Shown one piece after another: positions 38,733-51,830 of a stretch of 64,000 nucleotides of DNA (position 1 is its first letter; every line of letters begins with the position of its first letter). Source of the DNA: Callorhinchus milii (taxonomy: Eukaryota). The stretch lies in NCBI RefSeq assembly GCF_018977255.1, contig NW_024704742.1, positions 119,538,001-119,602,000 of the forward strand, given 5' to 3'. Position numbers and translations under genes: made by a program. The notes beneath the pieces are model-generated. The model searched no databases. It saw only the letters and a program-made list of their open reading frames with translations, and had not been told where the DNA came from.

Positions 38733-39863
38733 CAGGAAAAAAAATCTATATGTCTCAGAGCTTCACAAATCATTGTGAAATTAGCTTTCAGTAAGAAGTG
38801 ACAACCATTTGATTGGATTATTAGCCATGAGAACTCACTTTCCCTTTTTGAATATTGGCGTGGAGTTGTCAACATCCATCTGAAAGTGGTCAGATGGGAC
38901 CATAGGTTTGAATCTCAGCTAAAGGGCAACACCTTGACAATGCAGTGATCCTCCAATACTGCAATCATCCAACTAGGAGCTCAAGCCTGAAATGGGGCTT
39001 GAAGCTACAATTTTCTGAGGTCCCCAAGCCTTGGCTCTTCCCAACCTATGTCTAACACTTTCTAGAATTAGGTGAGCAGATGCATCCCTCTGGAAAGAGA
39101 GTAGACATTCCATTCCAGACATAGGAATTTCCATGTGTAGGTGGCATGTATGGAACTCAGCCTGGTTTGAATTCTCCTAAATATGGTGATGGGATTTCTT
39201 ATCTGTCAGAAACCCGGCTGACCAAAAGAAAAGTGCAAGTGGTCATTGTCCTCGTGGACTGCAAAAAATGCCTGAGTTCAATAATTTTCCCCTTGTTCCC
39301 ATCAGGTTATAATTACTCAGATGGTGGGTACTAACATACCACCACAGTTCTGAGGGAGCAGTGAGTTGTCTGAGGTACTATGCTTTGGATGAGATGTTAA
39401 ACCTAGCTCCTGTCAGTTTTCTTACAATGGACATTAAAGATCCTGACCAACAGTATACATAAATCATCATTCACTTGCTGGTGTGTGCAAAATGGCCGCT
39501 TCGTTTGTCTACAAATATACAGTCAACTCATGTTACAGCATTTACTTGTGAAGCTAAGACGTTACAGACACTATATTAAGTACAAGGATTGGTATCATTA
39601 AATTAGGAAAAGCAGGACTTCTCCATAAAACTCAGATTACTGCAATTCCATATTGGTTGATGGGAAGGAAAGTTCATGGGAAAATGGGGTTGTCCCTTTC
39701 TGTTTTGCTGGATTTCTCTTCCTCAGGTAAAGGGTATTTCCCACATCAGTTTTGATTTCCATCATGTAGCTCAGCTTTGCATTCAGAAATTGTTGATGCC
39801 AATAGCTTTAAAGATCTGAATTATAATTACACTGCTCACACAGAGTCCAGGACCCCACTGACT

Positions 39864-40065
39864 CATAGAATCATAGAATTGTACAGCACAAAAAGAGGCC
39901 ATTCGGCCCATCAAGTCTGTGCCTGCTCTTTGAAAAGAGCAATGTAATGTCAATCCCACTCCCCAGCCCTTTCCCCATAACCCTGCAAACCCATCCTCCT
40001 CAAATATCCATCAACCGGGTTTTTGAAAGTTGTTATCGAATCGGCCTCCACCACCCTTTCAGGCA
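39864..40065 (-). mobile_element. CR1-type 3' tail
   Basis: CATAGAATCATAGAAT...AGAGGCCATTCGGCCCATC is the reverse complement of the 17762-17910 tail. Confidence 0.85.
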
Positions 40066-41179
40066 CTGGTAGAGAAACAGAGTCTAAATTCCTATTCGAA
40101 TGAAAATCTGCAGAACGGATTTTATCAAACTAATGGCACAGTTTGTTAATATACAGACATCGTTCTGCATCATAGATTAGGTGGAGGGTCTCTCTTCTTT
40201 GCTTCCACCCTCCGCCAGCCAAGGAAAGTTTCCATTTCTGCAAGACTATTGAAGCAGGGTTTCCTTGGGAAAAAGGGGATGGAAGGTGGGAAAGGAAAAC
40301 TAAATCTGATTGCAATCAGCATTCCCACCCCCTGCTCTAGTGCATTGAGAGCCGTAGAGAGAAGAGAGCCCCCGTTAATTTACGGGGGGGAGGGGGCGGG
40401 GGGGAGAAGAGAGTAAGTAAAACTGATTTACAAGTGCAATGGTAATTTTAAAAATGGGAAATTTTGAATGTAAATACATAATATTCACCAAAATCAAATC
40501 TTCAGAATTCACCATTATTTATGTAGGTTTTTAAGAAGAATAATCCTTGCATTTGATATAGCGTTTTATCAGGTCATTGAGACATCTTCAATATTAATAT
40601 TTTTAATATTAATCACCATTAGTTTCTCATATATAAAAAAAGTACCAATGGGAACAAATACCAAATAGAAACTTCGAACTTTTAGATTTTAAAACACTGT
40701 TACAACAGTGTTGCTATCTCTGTACTTTTTCACATCCACTGGGTGCTTAATATTTCATTTTGTTGCACACCATCAGTGCTCTCCCCCCCGCAGATTTTAA
40801 GGCATTACGATGGTACTTTGAGCGGCAATGCATCTTATATCAGCAAATGACTGCAGGCTTTGCAGCAGCGTTTCCTCTGACTGTAGCATAGGGATACATT
40901 AATTTACCTAGTGCTGGCGAGATTCACTTTTTTCCCCCCAGCACAGTTTTTTTTCTTTCCTCATAGATATGCTGATTATGCCACTGCTCGTCACAGTCAG
41001 TCTGCAGAGCTGCAGAGTAGAACCAGCACTGGCATTTATTTATAACTGCGATGTATACAAAATGTGTTTTCGTAAAACCTCAGAGCGAAGAGATAGTGGA
41101 AATCAGCAGCACCAACCTCAGCAACAGTTAACTGGCTTCACCCCCCAAATCATTTATTAAAGAGAAATAAAATACTTAC

Positions 41180-41226
41180 TCCAAGGTCAACCCTGGTATT
41201 CTGAGTCGTTCCCGTTGGGTTTTCAT
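41180..41226 (-). CDS. MAST4: MAST4 alternative first coding exon: MKTQRERLRIPGLTL(D), phase 2
   Basis: Minus strand ATG AAA ACC CAA CGG GAA CGA CTC AGA ATA CCA GGG TTG ACC TTG GA|gtaagt. Closely matches the recalled mammalian MAST4 isoform start MKAQRERLQIPGLTLD. Confidence 0.9.
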
Positions 41227-41472
41227 AGCTGCCGTTCGTTACCACATTCTATTGTAACCATGACAGAATCACTGCCAGCATCCTGGTGCTGACAAAGAGC
41301 CAAAATGAACCTCTATAAAAGGAATGGACTAACAATCTCTCTTGGGGAGGGGGGACTAGTTTTGGGTTCTTCCACCATCGGCAATCAGAAAGGCACCGTC
41401 AGCTGACCACATCAGATTAAACACAAATCATTAATGCTGAATTTTGTAAGCATTTTTAACCGCAGAACACGG

Positions 41473-41508
41473 TTATATAAAAAAATCCACTGCTGTGCAT
41501 TGACGTCA
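41473..41508 (-). promoter_or_regulatory. Candidate internal promoter: palindromic CRE followed by TATA box
   Basis: TGACGTCA at 41501-41508 and minus-strand TATATAA at 41479-41473, about 250 nt upstream of the ATG at 41226, in repeat-poor sequence. Confidence 0.6.
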
Positions 41509-44500
41509 TCTGCTTTATCTTCTGCATATTAATACCAGACATTTCTGATACAAGTACATCCACACAAACATGTACTGTGCGCACTCAAAGCAGTCACATA
41601 AATAATCCTCTTCGACACAGTACTCGAGTCTCAAAAAATATAAAAGCACCATTTCTGGTACTAAAAAAAGAAACAACTTTTATTTTATCAAACCATTAAA
41701 TCAGCGGTGCTTTTGGCTCCACACCGACATCGAGTGCTTTTTAAAAATGTAATAATAAAAAAAAGGCTGTGAGATCTAAGAGGACTTTCTAGACTAAATC
41801 AAATGCCAGTCGATGACAGAAGCACAGTTTGCAAGCTGCTTTGGGACTAGTGTACCACAAGCTGTAATTATTTATTAAACAGACCGTAATCTCCATTATG
41901 TCAGTTCATCTTTTATCTTTTATTATTCTTGGATTAAAGTGTCAGGTCATGCTGTGGCTAAAATAACCTTGCTTAGTCGAACCGTCTCAGGAATTCACTG
42001 TTCGGCACATGGAACCTTTGATTATTCCCTTAAACAGAGGATACACAGTGGGGAGCAGCTGACTGCAGAAAACAAACCCCAGGTGACATTAGGACTGCAG
42101 ACCTGGAGCCAATGAGTTCCCATTCTGCACTGTTCACACGCAAGATGTTTTTAGAATTTCTAGTATTTTTATTAATTCAAACGTATAAAGGCGTGAAAGG
42201 AAAATCTGGTGGATCTATTGATAACGATGTATTGCTTCCCACTCTGAAGTTTATGTATTAGTTTTTCCAGGACATTTTCCTTTCAGTTTTAATGCCAAGG
42301 TGGACTATGCAAACTACAGCTGTATAAAGCATATGATTCTGTCACAGCGAATAGGACTTCCCATACACCTACACAGCAAGAGATGGTTTTGGTGCTGGAG
42401 TTGAATACGTTAAATATTATAAAAGACAGATGGGTCGAAATAGCAGAGATGTTCAAATGAAATTCTTTCTTTAAGGAATCGGAGTGGAGACTCCCGGTAA
42501 GCAGACGTACGTCACATTGACTAGCAGGAAACTCCACTCCAGAGAACCTGCAATCAGCCTGATATATTCCTGGATTCCTTAGTTCTTAATTTCCATATTG
42601 ATGGAATGCTGTTTGAAATTGCTGCACTTTGCATGTCAAAGTTGAATTCCAATAAAAAGAAAAAATAACAAATCAAGTGAATCAATACAAAAAATTTGCC
42701 CCTCAATATCTTGTTAGATGTCGCACTAAAAATGTTCTTTAAGATAAATCTAATACTCCAATTTATTCGAATACCTTGATTATTATTGTTGTACTCGTTA
42801 TAATGAAAGACCACAAGCTGTCCCACAGATAAAGGTTTGTTAGAAGTTATTAAATACATTGGATGCTCAAAAACAATACATAATATATTCTTGCCTATCT
42901 GGATAATGATGAAAATCTAATAATGCAAAGCACAAAATATGCAAGTGAAAGGGTTAAATATTCTGTTAAAAAATCATAATTGCTTCACATGCCCATTTTT
43001 TCACATGCCCTTTTTTTTACCGATGGATTCTAGCACAATGTAAAATCCCCAAAACTCCAAGCAGTCATGAATAATGTACGTCCTCCACATTCCTCAGTTA
43101 CTGCTATGCAGTGTCTGTCTTACAGGATTGTCACCACCTTTTTCACATCTTTGCTCTGCTCAATCACGGCAAATGGAGGCTATTGTGACTCCCACAGACA
43201 GATAAACCCATTAGAAAACATTCACTGTAAGGAGTGTGTCAATCAAATAGATTATATATTTGAAAGCAATTCTGCCTATCAGCACATTATCAAGTTGGGC
43301 CAGCACAATAATCTACATACATTTGAATCAATCAATACATTTCTGTTATGCAGAGTGTGGTTAATAACTGCTGCAAGAAAAATACAATTTGGTTTTACAC
43401 ACACACAGTGGTTCATTAGGACACGCTGGATGAAAAATGTAATTGGTGTGAGCTGGGTAGCATTCCACGGAACAGTAACTTCACAGTCTGAAGTGTAAAA
43501 CAAGGAGCATTACAATTTCTATAGGGGGAGTTAACCACTTCACTGTTTTCAATCTGCTAAGAAGTATCAATCATTTTCTCAGAACCTCTGTGGATTCACA
43601 GGATTTGTTTCAATTCAGGTTTCCATCATTCACTTTTTTTGCCATATCTTTTAAAACGTAACACTGTGTAAAATCAATTCTTCTGCATTCCTCTGGTGAT
43701 AATCCTCAATTCATGCCTCTTGTTCATTGCTGATTGCTGGAAAAAGTCTCTCTTGTTTACCCTCATCAAAGCCCTATTATACTTTTTAAAAACCTGGACA
43801 AAAATAAACTTATTTGCAGTGCACTGTGTATACTCAATGTTGTAGCAACATAAGGCTTGAAATACAAAGAGATCAGTAACAGGTCAGGGAAAGAACAATC
43901 ATTCTTAATCCAACCAAATCAAAATGTAGAGAATAATATTGCCAGGGGCACAGCAACATACCAAGTTTAACGGAACAGGAATACTGAGACAATTGATTCC
44001 TGAAGGTGCTTGATAAGAAACTATAATGGAAAGGTGGCAAATTCCCAGGCATTTCAAATGGTAATACTGAACATAACAAGAATGCCACAACCACTGAACA
44101 ACCTTATTTACAGTCAAGAAATGGCAACACTGAAAAAATAGATTTTTTTGTTGGGGGGGATGCGGTAAACAGAATTGATGTTCATCTTGTTCCACCTACA
44201 AAATACAGCCACTGCACTTTATAATATATCCGGTGAAGCACTTTGAAATGTCCTCCTGACATCCTACCAAAGGTCTATTATTATTATTATTTCGGGTGTA
44301 CTAAATTATTTCATCCAGAGGAATTTAAACTAAAGAAAAATGCATTTTATCACAGCTAAAATTTACTAAACAATGTTTAAATTTAGGACCAGTTGAACAG
44401 TGCTAGATCTACAGCCACAGAACACGTAACAACTCCACTATAATGCACCTCAGAAGAGCACAAGTCCACTTACAACATGGGTGTTTTGTGGATCCACAAT

Positions 44501-46334
44501 TACCAGAAGTCCGCAACACTTCTGGCTTTGACTAGCCCAGTCCAATGCAGGAAGCTAGCCAGACTGTACTTGAAGCCAAAAGTGAACCAGAAATGGGACA
44601 TGTGGCCACAAAAAGCTTCCACAAAACTGTTACAATGCTATGTCTAATATTATGGATCCAAAATACCATGTTATGACAAGCGTCTTGGGACATCCTCCTG
44701 ACGTGAAAGGCGCAATACAAAAGTAATTTTGTTGCTGTTACCCTGTTATTAGACCAAATGCTTTAGGAGATGAGGGAAATGACTGTGTAAGGTCATTCCT
44801 TCCTTGTGCTCCACAGAAAAAACAAATACAACAGCTATTGAGACCATGAAAGGATATATTTACTCGGACCATACTTTAACACATCAATGACAACCTCAGC
44901 CTTATCTTGTCAAACATTCATTGCCCTTAAGGGTAGTATAACCTAGTAGTCCAGAGAGGATGGTCTCACTCGATGAAAGAACAAAGTTTAACAAAATGGT
45001 GTTTAACAGAATAACGTTTGGTCCATTTCCATTTTGAGATTATAATAAAATATAAAAATTTTAAGAAATCTTATGAGTCAGTGGAACAAAATGTTGGCTA
45101 AAACTTCTAGTACCAAGGATATTATTAGAAGCTTTGCAAGATGTTCTTGGTTTTCCCCCCTAATCCTATTATATGCATCCTTTCTATTGCCAAGCATTCT
45201 GTCGATGCTCTCTGTAATTGGTCCAAAATACGTACACAATCTGACTCATCCTCAAATCAACAAACCTTGTGAGCAACACGTCACCCCAATAGTGCAGCCA
45301 GGATTGGAAATTTGAGGGATTACAGGCACGAGCTCACCACACACCATCTCCATAGCTTATGTTGTACAGTGCAGGGAAATACTCAAGATTTATGTTCTTA
45401 AAAAATTTGTCTGGAATCATCTCAGTTCGGATGAAGATTTCTAAAACAGTAAACAGCATAAATATAACTGACCATTAAAATCATCATTGAAACATACACG
45501 TTTACCTTTGATCCGTTCAGTGTGTTCTATAGACTTGGTAGTTACCAGGCTCAATATCTGGCATGTGCAATGTCAAATGATCTCAGCCTGAGAACCAGTA
45601 GTGGCATTGTAATTGGCTTCAGTATCCTTGAGGATTTGGGGGAACGGGGGTTAACTCAGTGAGTTTCTTTCCTCATTGCAGTGGTGTGATTTGTGATGGT
45701 TAGGCACATGTATGGACATTGGAGAAGTAGCAAAATGATCTCATCTGCGATGCAATTGAATTTCTCGACTCATACATGAATAATAACTACTTAGGTACCC
45801 AAGCACACCCACGGAACTGTGCCCAGCGGGAGTCATCCCTAGACATTCAGGACAGGAATGGAGACTGGTGGGGGGCGGGAAGAGAAACAGCAATGCAAAA
45901 TTATTTCTTGATTTAAATTACATTCAAAGAAACAAAAGTAGGATAGAAATCAAAGATAACAACACGATTCAAAATGGACACTCTCCCCATTCCATTGAAG
46001 GAATCTAATTTTATGTTATGACTTTTATTACAGTCTGATTGATACAGTACAATACAATTTACATTTATAATTTATATCAATATGGCGTCTTTCCAACTGG
46101 GAGGATGTCCCAAGATGCTTAACAGCACTGGCTTGGCACCCAAGCTGGGGGTGGGAACCGAAAGGTTGTGATGGGAAAGATGACCAAAAACAGATGCAGG
46201 AAAACCTTCAGACACATGCCAAACATGAGGAGATCAACAACTTCCCAGGAATATCACAATCCGCCCAACAGTATGTAAATCTTTTAACAAAAACTGAATA
46301 ATTTCTATTGAGTTTCTTGGGTCATTTCCTCAGA

Positions 46335-46630
46335 ATAATAAAAATTGTTGTATTTGATATAGCACCTTCTAACGCCATTGAAACCTCTCAAAGCGCTTCA
46401 CAGAATATATTGTCAAGTGGATTGACTGTATTTTGTGGGTGAAACACAGCAACCAATTGTGTACAGCAGTGTCCCACAAACAGTGGTGGATTGAGTGACC
46501 ATTTTTTTAAAAAGGGATTATTGCCCCTGGAAAGCAATCCACCAATTGACCAACAACAAGGTTTCTACTTACTGCTAAGTAAACAGAGGCATGTGGAGAA
46601 ACTTGCCTAAGGTTTCACCCCGCCTGTGAA
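46335..46630 (-). mobile_element. Family A SINE lacking most of the head
   Basis: Reverse-complement match to 33715-34030. Confidence 0.88.
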
Positions 46631-49049
46631 TCCCTTGCCACTAACCACCACACTTCAGGACTCTGTGCTTATACCTCAATGGAAATCCCATAAACATTCC
46701 ACATATTATGATTGCAATTAAGCCATTTATTTAATTTGCTAATTTCCAGTCACAACCCATCTCTCCTTCAACAAAACAAGAAAATCGATCATCATCATCA
46801 CAAATCCTACCATATCAGAAGTCAAATGGAGCATCACCCACCCTAGAGAACTGCTGCAATTACTTTCCCCTGTGTTGCCTTTCAGAGTTGTTCTCGATAA
46901 CTTCAGCAATTGAAATGCAAATGAACTCCGAGGATCATACTAACAGTACTCAGAATTTCAATCAATCTCGACTTTAAGATTACCCCAGAAATAGTGACAG
47001 TAGCAGCCAGCCATTGTGTTAGATATCACAGTAACATTTGTCAGTTTTGAAATACAGTATTTTCAAAATGATCAGTATTCGGAATGGTTTCATCTATTTC
47101 GAAATAATGCAACATTGCATTATTAAAGACAATGCCGAACATGTTTTTTGGAAGAATTATTGCTATTGGAATATTAATAGCAATAAATTCAAACCAACTC
47201 AGGTTTATATGATGTTTGTAACAATTATTTAAATAGTAGAAATAGTTCACATCAAAGAACATAAAATACAGCATGAAACACATTGGGGATGAGCGACTTG
47301 GTAAAAATCTGCTGTTACAATTCAAGCCTTTAATCAGAAAAGTTTTCAGAAAATAAGATTCCTCTTTTAACCTTTTCATGAAAAGGCAGGAGATCTGCAC
47401 TTTCAAAGCTCAGTAACAGTGAAAACTGCTGTACGAACCTTGGCCAGAGAAAAGGAAATCACATTTATGTGACTTCTTAGATGTCCACAATTGGATGACC
47501 AGATCTAAAGTTTCAGTCAGTATTTTGTATATGATGAGCTGAAAGAGACTGTATGTTGCAGATGACTGCATTGTCTTATTATTATTAATTATATTATTGT
47601 TTTTCTAACACCGTGGGTTTGAAGAAACATAATCCTTGTGATCTTGAGCGGTCTTACTCCTCCGCCCCACTCACTCCTGCTCTACCAACTCAGACTCGTT
47701 TCACATTCCATCCTATCATCGCTGGGCAAGCTTTCAGGCAATTTTACCCGCTCTCTAGAACTCTCTCCCTAAAAGCCTCCGCCTCACACCTCTTCTTTCA
47801 AAATTCATCTCTCATTCAAAAATCTAGCACTTTGACTGTACATTGGGCAACCTCCTCACCTCCCACTTCGCCTGGGCTCCTAATTTAGCTCTGTAAAATG
47901 CTTTGAAAGCATTCCCTATGCATGATACAAATACTTTGTGTTTGCTGTAGTAGGATGCACAACATTCTACACTCAATTATCCATCATACCTGAACTGTCT
48001 ATGTGTCAAAAGCTATTTAGGCACTTAAGATCTAACTTGAAGAGTGTGGAGAATGAGGCAACACTCTCCTTTCTTCCAAGAAAAATTTCCAAAGATTTCA
48101 AACCTTCACAAGTCTCCTGAGAAAGCATGGGAAAGGGTTGGAAATATTAAGGTTATGGCAGCAGCCTCGATGATCATTTGTTCAAAAGTCCAAGAACAAT
48201 ATGTGCAAAATCTGAATTGGTGATATTGCATTGACTGTCATCAGGAATACGGAGGACATGGGAATTTCCATGTGTAGGTGGCATGCTTGGAACTCAGTCT
48301 GGTTTGGTTAATGGTAAGCATGTTGATGGGTTTTTACACGTCAAAAAGGAACAACAACTTGCATTTATATAGCATCTTGGAGTGCTTAACAGCGGAGTGG
48401 TTTGACACTTAGTTGGGAAGGGAGAGGAGGTGACCGCGGTTGAAAAGGAAAGTCTTTGGCCTGGAAAGTCTTCAGGCACCTGAGTGACCAAACAAATCAA
48501 AAATAGTATCTTAACTGAAAATCTTAAGTCACAAAGCCACGAAGAACTGAGACAGTATGAACCTAAATAATACAAGGAAATGATGGTGAAAATTTTGACT
48601 GCAGAATGTGTTGCTGGTTTAGAGCATCAAAACGACAATGCTGTCAATGCCAGAGAAATTAACTGGAAGAGATGATCCAGAATGAGGATTTATGTACAGC
48701 ATGGATAAAAAGATCATTATTGGCGGAGTAAAATCTTAAAGGGATAGTATCCCTTGAATTTTCTATTTGAACGTTGAATAGCAGTCTATTTATTCATTTG
48801 TACGTGGAGGAGAGAGAATGAGAAAGAATGAAAGACAAGGCATCAATTTTTAATTGCCTATTTTTATTATACAGTTGACACTATGAATTTCAAACATGGT
48901 TTCATCAAAAAGAAAAGTAATAAATTCTTAAAACTTCATACATTTTAAAACAGAATAAAACTGGTTTATAAATATCTTACTTCTTGGCTTGAAACTACAC
49001 TGTAATGGACTTCCCCCATTTGCTCACTGCATGCTGTAGTTTTGAAGTA

Positions 49050-49310
49050 CACAGCAAAGGAAGGCTCAAGGTTTGATCAATGTATTATATATTGTACTGA
49101 GTTATCTAACCTCGGCTAAGGAAGCAGTGGGACCTTTGGAACTAGTCTTGATGTACTTGGGAGGGGAGGAGCAGGGAATAAGGGCATATAATCAGCCAGG
49201 CTTACTGCTCCTCATCAGCACCAGTGATTTCTAATGGAAATGAGTAAGAAACCTTGGGCAAGAATAACATTGGTTTGACTGTGATTAAACCCTTCTCAGT
49301 CAAACAATCT
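49050..49310 (+). mobile_element. Ancient SINE remnant, possibly LF-SINE-related
   Basis: Degenerate AAGGTTTGATC...ACTGAGTTATCTAACCTCGG...AATCAGCCAGG; related decayed pieces at ~13200-13280 and ~45570-45870. Family assignment from recall only. Confidence 0.4.
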
Positions 49311-50934
49311 CCCAAGTTTGAAACAACAACAAGTTACATTTATATAGTGCTTTCATGTTGGGAGAGAAGACTAGCTCTACACATGAACTGGATTAGGAAG
49401 GCAATTTGGGATGAGATAACAAAGGGGTGCAGTACCTTGAAGATAGAAGTGAAGAAGGGTTAAACCATTCACCCCATATTGCCTGCTCCACCTGTTTATT
49501 AAATAATAATTCAATTATTCATTTTAAATAGTTTTAATTATTTAATTTTTAATTCAATATTGCTGTTTTTGTCTTTCACGTCAGGAGGACATCCCAAGGC
49601 GCTGAACAGTCAGGGATCTGGAACCGAGTGGTGAGGTTGGAATCAGGGCAGATGGAGGGCAGGGAGGGTGACCGAAGGCACTGTCGAAGACCCCTAACTT
49701 CGAATATATGTCAATCTCTCCTTTAAATATTCTAATTGAGTCGGCATCTATGGTATTGCATTCCTCATTCTCATGGCCTTCCATGTGAAAAAAGGTGTTC
49801 TAACTGGATTAGCTCTAATTGTAATATTAATACAATTTAGACTTCCAAAATTTCTGAATATAAGTTTCAGAACTACTTCTGCTGGTTCATTTTTCAGCCA
49901 TTCTCTCTTTCTACATTTAACTCAATACAATATTCTGATCTATTCTAATGCATCAACCATTATCACTGCTCTATTATCCTTTCTGCAGTTTGGAACCATG
50001 CAAGTAAAATTCACTCCCCAAGTAACTGAAACCTGTTTTCACAGGACGATTTTCCTGAAGCTCAGAAGAATAAACATCAAAGTTTGACCTAGTGGTGCCA
50101 GTGACAGGACCAAGTCATGTTAACTTGTTTTCAAGTCATCCAGAGTCCAAACTACCTGATGAAACAAGTCATTGGCCCAGAAAGATAGTCACACACAAGA
50201 GGATTCTCTTTGTGTCAAATGTCCAAGATTTTTTCTCTCCCAAAGGGAATGACTGATTCCATTTGTATTGGGAGCCCTCCAGTGCCTCACCCAAGTGGCC
50301 AACCACATTTCTGAACAGAGGCAGCAGGCTATTTGTCAGCAAGCTATTTGACCTCAGAGGAATCATAACCAGGCCAAATCCATTCCTCATGCAATACTGG
50401 GCTTTTGTCAGGCTTTCAACATCTGTCCCCAGTCCCTGGAACTCCATCCCAGAGTCTCTTTGTCTCACCTCTTCTCTCGGCTCCTTCAAGGTCCATCTCA
50501 AGACCTTCCTCTTTGACTGCACCTTTGGTTATCTTTTCACCTCCAAACATACCTCCTAAATGCCCCCCTCTACCCTGCCACTCCTCCGAAAGGGAAGGCA
50601 GAGAGGTGGGAGAGTGAACTGAAGGCACGATCGAAGAGGAGGGTCTTGAGACCGGCTTTGAAGGAGACAAGGGAGGGATTGTGGAAGCTCTGAATCCAAA
50701 GGGGGAATAGTCCTTTATTAGTGGTATTATTGCCAGAGAAACCTGCATTGATCGAATGAAAGGAGTCTCTTAGGTCAGATGCATTATCCACTTACAAAAG
50801 CAATGGGGACGAAGGAGTCTTAACATCTGCTTAAAACACAAATCCAAATTTACAATATAATTGCAGTGAATTCTAAACTCTGAAATTGTACTACATCAGT
50901 GGAATAGATTTTATGTTGGGATCAAATTGAAGGC

Positions 50935-51830
50935 AACAACATGCACTTATATAGCGCCCTCCACGGAGGGTAGCGTCTCAGAGCGCTTAACAGTGGTAGA
51001 GCCTGTCTCCGAGCTGTGGGGAGGGGGAGGTGACAATAAGCATAGTTGGAAAGTTTTCAGGCGGGACTTGAAAAAGAGGAGAGAGAAGGCAAGGTGGAGG
51101 GATTGAGGGAGACTGTTCCAGTTTTGGGCGTAGTGACTGAAAGTGCGACCTCCGATGGTGGAGCGGAGGGCACGAGGGATGACCAGGAGCCAGTGCCAGT
51201 CGAGCGGAGGCACCGGGTGGTGGATTGGGGAGCGAGGAGGTCAGAAAGGTAAGGAGGTGCAGAGAGTGAAGGGATTTGAACATGAGAGTGAGGATCTTGA
51301 AGTTGATCCGTTCAGTGATAGGGAACCAGTGGAGCCTGGCCAGAACTGGTGAGATGTGAGTATGGAGTTTGGTCTGGGTCAGTTTGCCGGCGGCAGAGTT
51401 CTGAATGAGCTGGATCTTTAGAACAGTGGAGCTGGGGAGACCAGCAAGGAGTGTGTTGGAGTAATCCAGGCGGGAGATGACAAATGCATGCACGAGGATT
51501 TCGACTACATTTGCAGTAAGGTACGGTCAGATGCGGGCAATGTGGCGGAGGTGGAAGAAGGTGGCCCTGGTCAGGGACCAGATGTGGGGGAGGAAGGATA
51601 GCTGGGGGGCGAACTGGACGCCTAGATTGCGTACTGGTTCGGAGATTCTGAGGGAGAGCCCAGGGAGGTTGAGGAATTTAGATCCACAGGAATGAAGACT
51701 TTGATGGGAGCCAAAGAGTATGGCTTCGTCTTGTCCACATTCAGTTGCAGGAAGTTTACACTGATGTCTGCCAGACAAGCTGATAGAACATCGGCAGACC
51801 TGGAATCTATGCTGGAGGAGGCAAAGTAGA
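50935..51830 (-). mobile_element. Older L2 LINE 3' fragment of a different subfamily
   Basis: ISRLDYSNTLLAGLP, IQNSAA and LHWFPITERINFKIL motifs; different stem-loop variant near 50950-50990. Confidence 0.9.

Noticed and set aside
43067..43498. 143-aa plus-strand ORF and other 60-130 aa ORFs in unique sequence
   Set aside because: No recognisable domain or splice context; lengths expected by chance in 64 kb.
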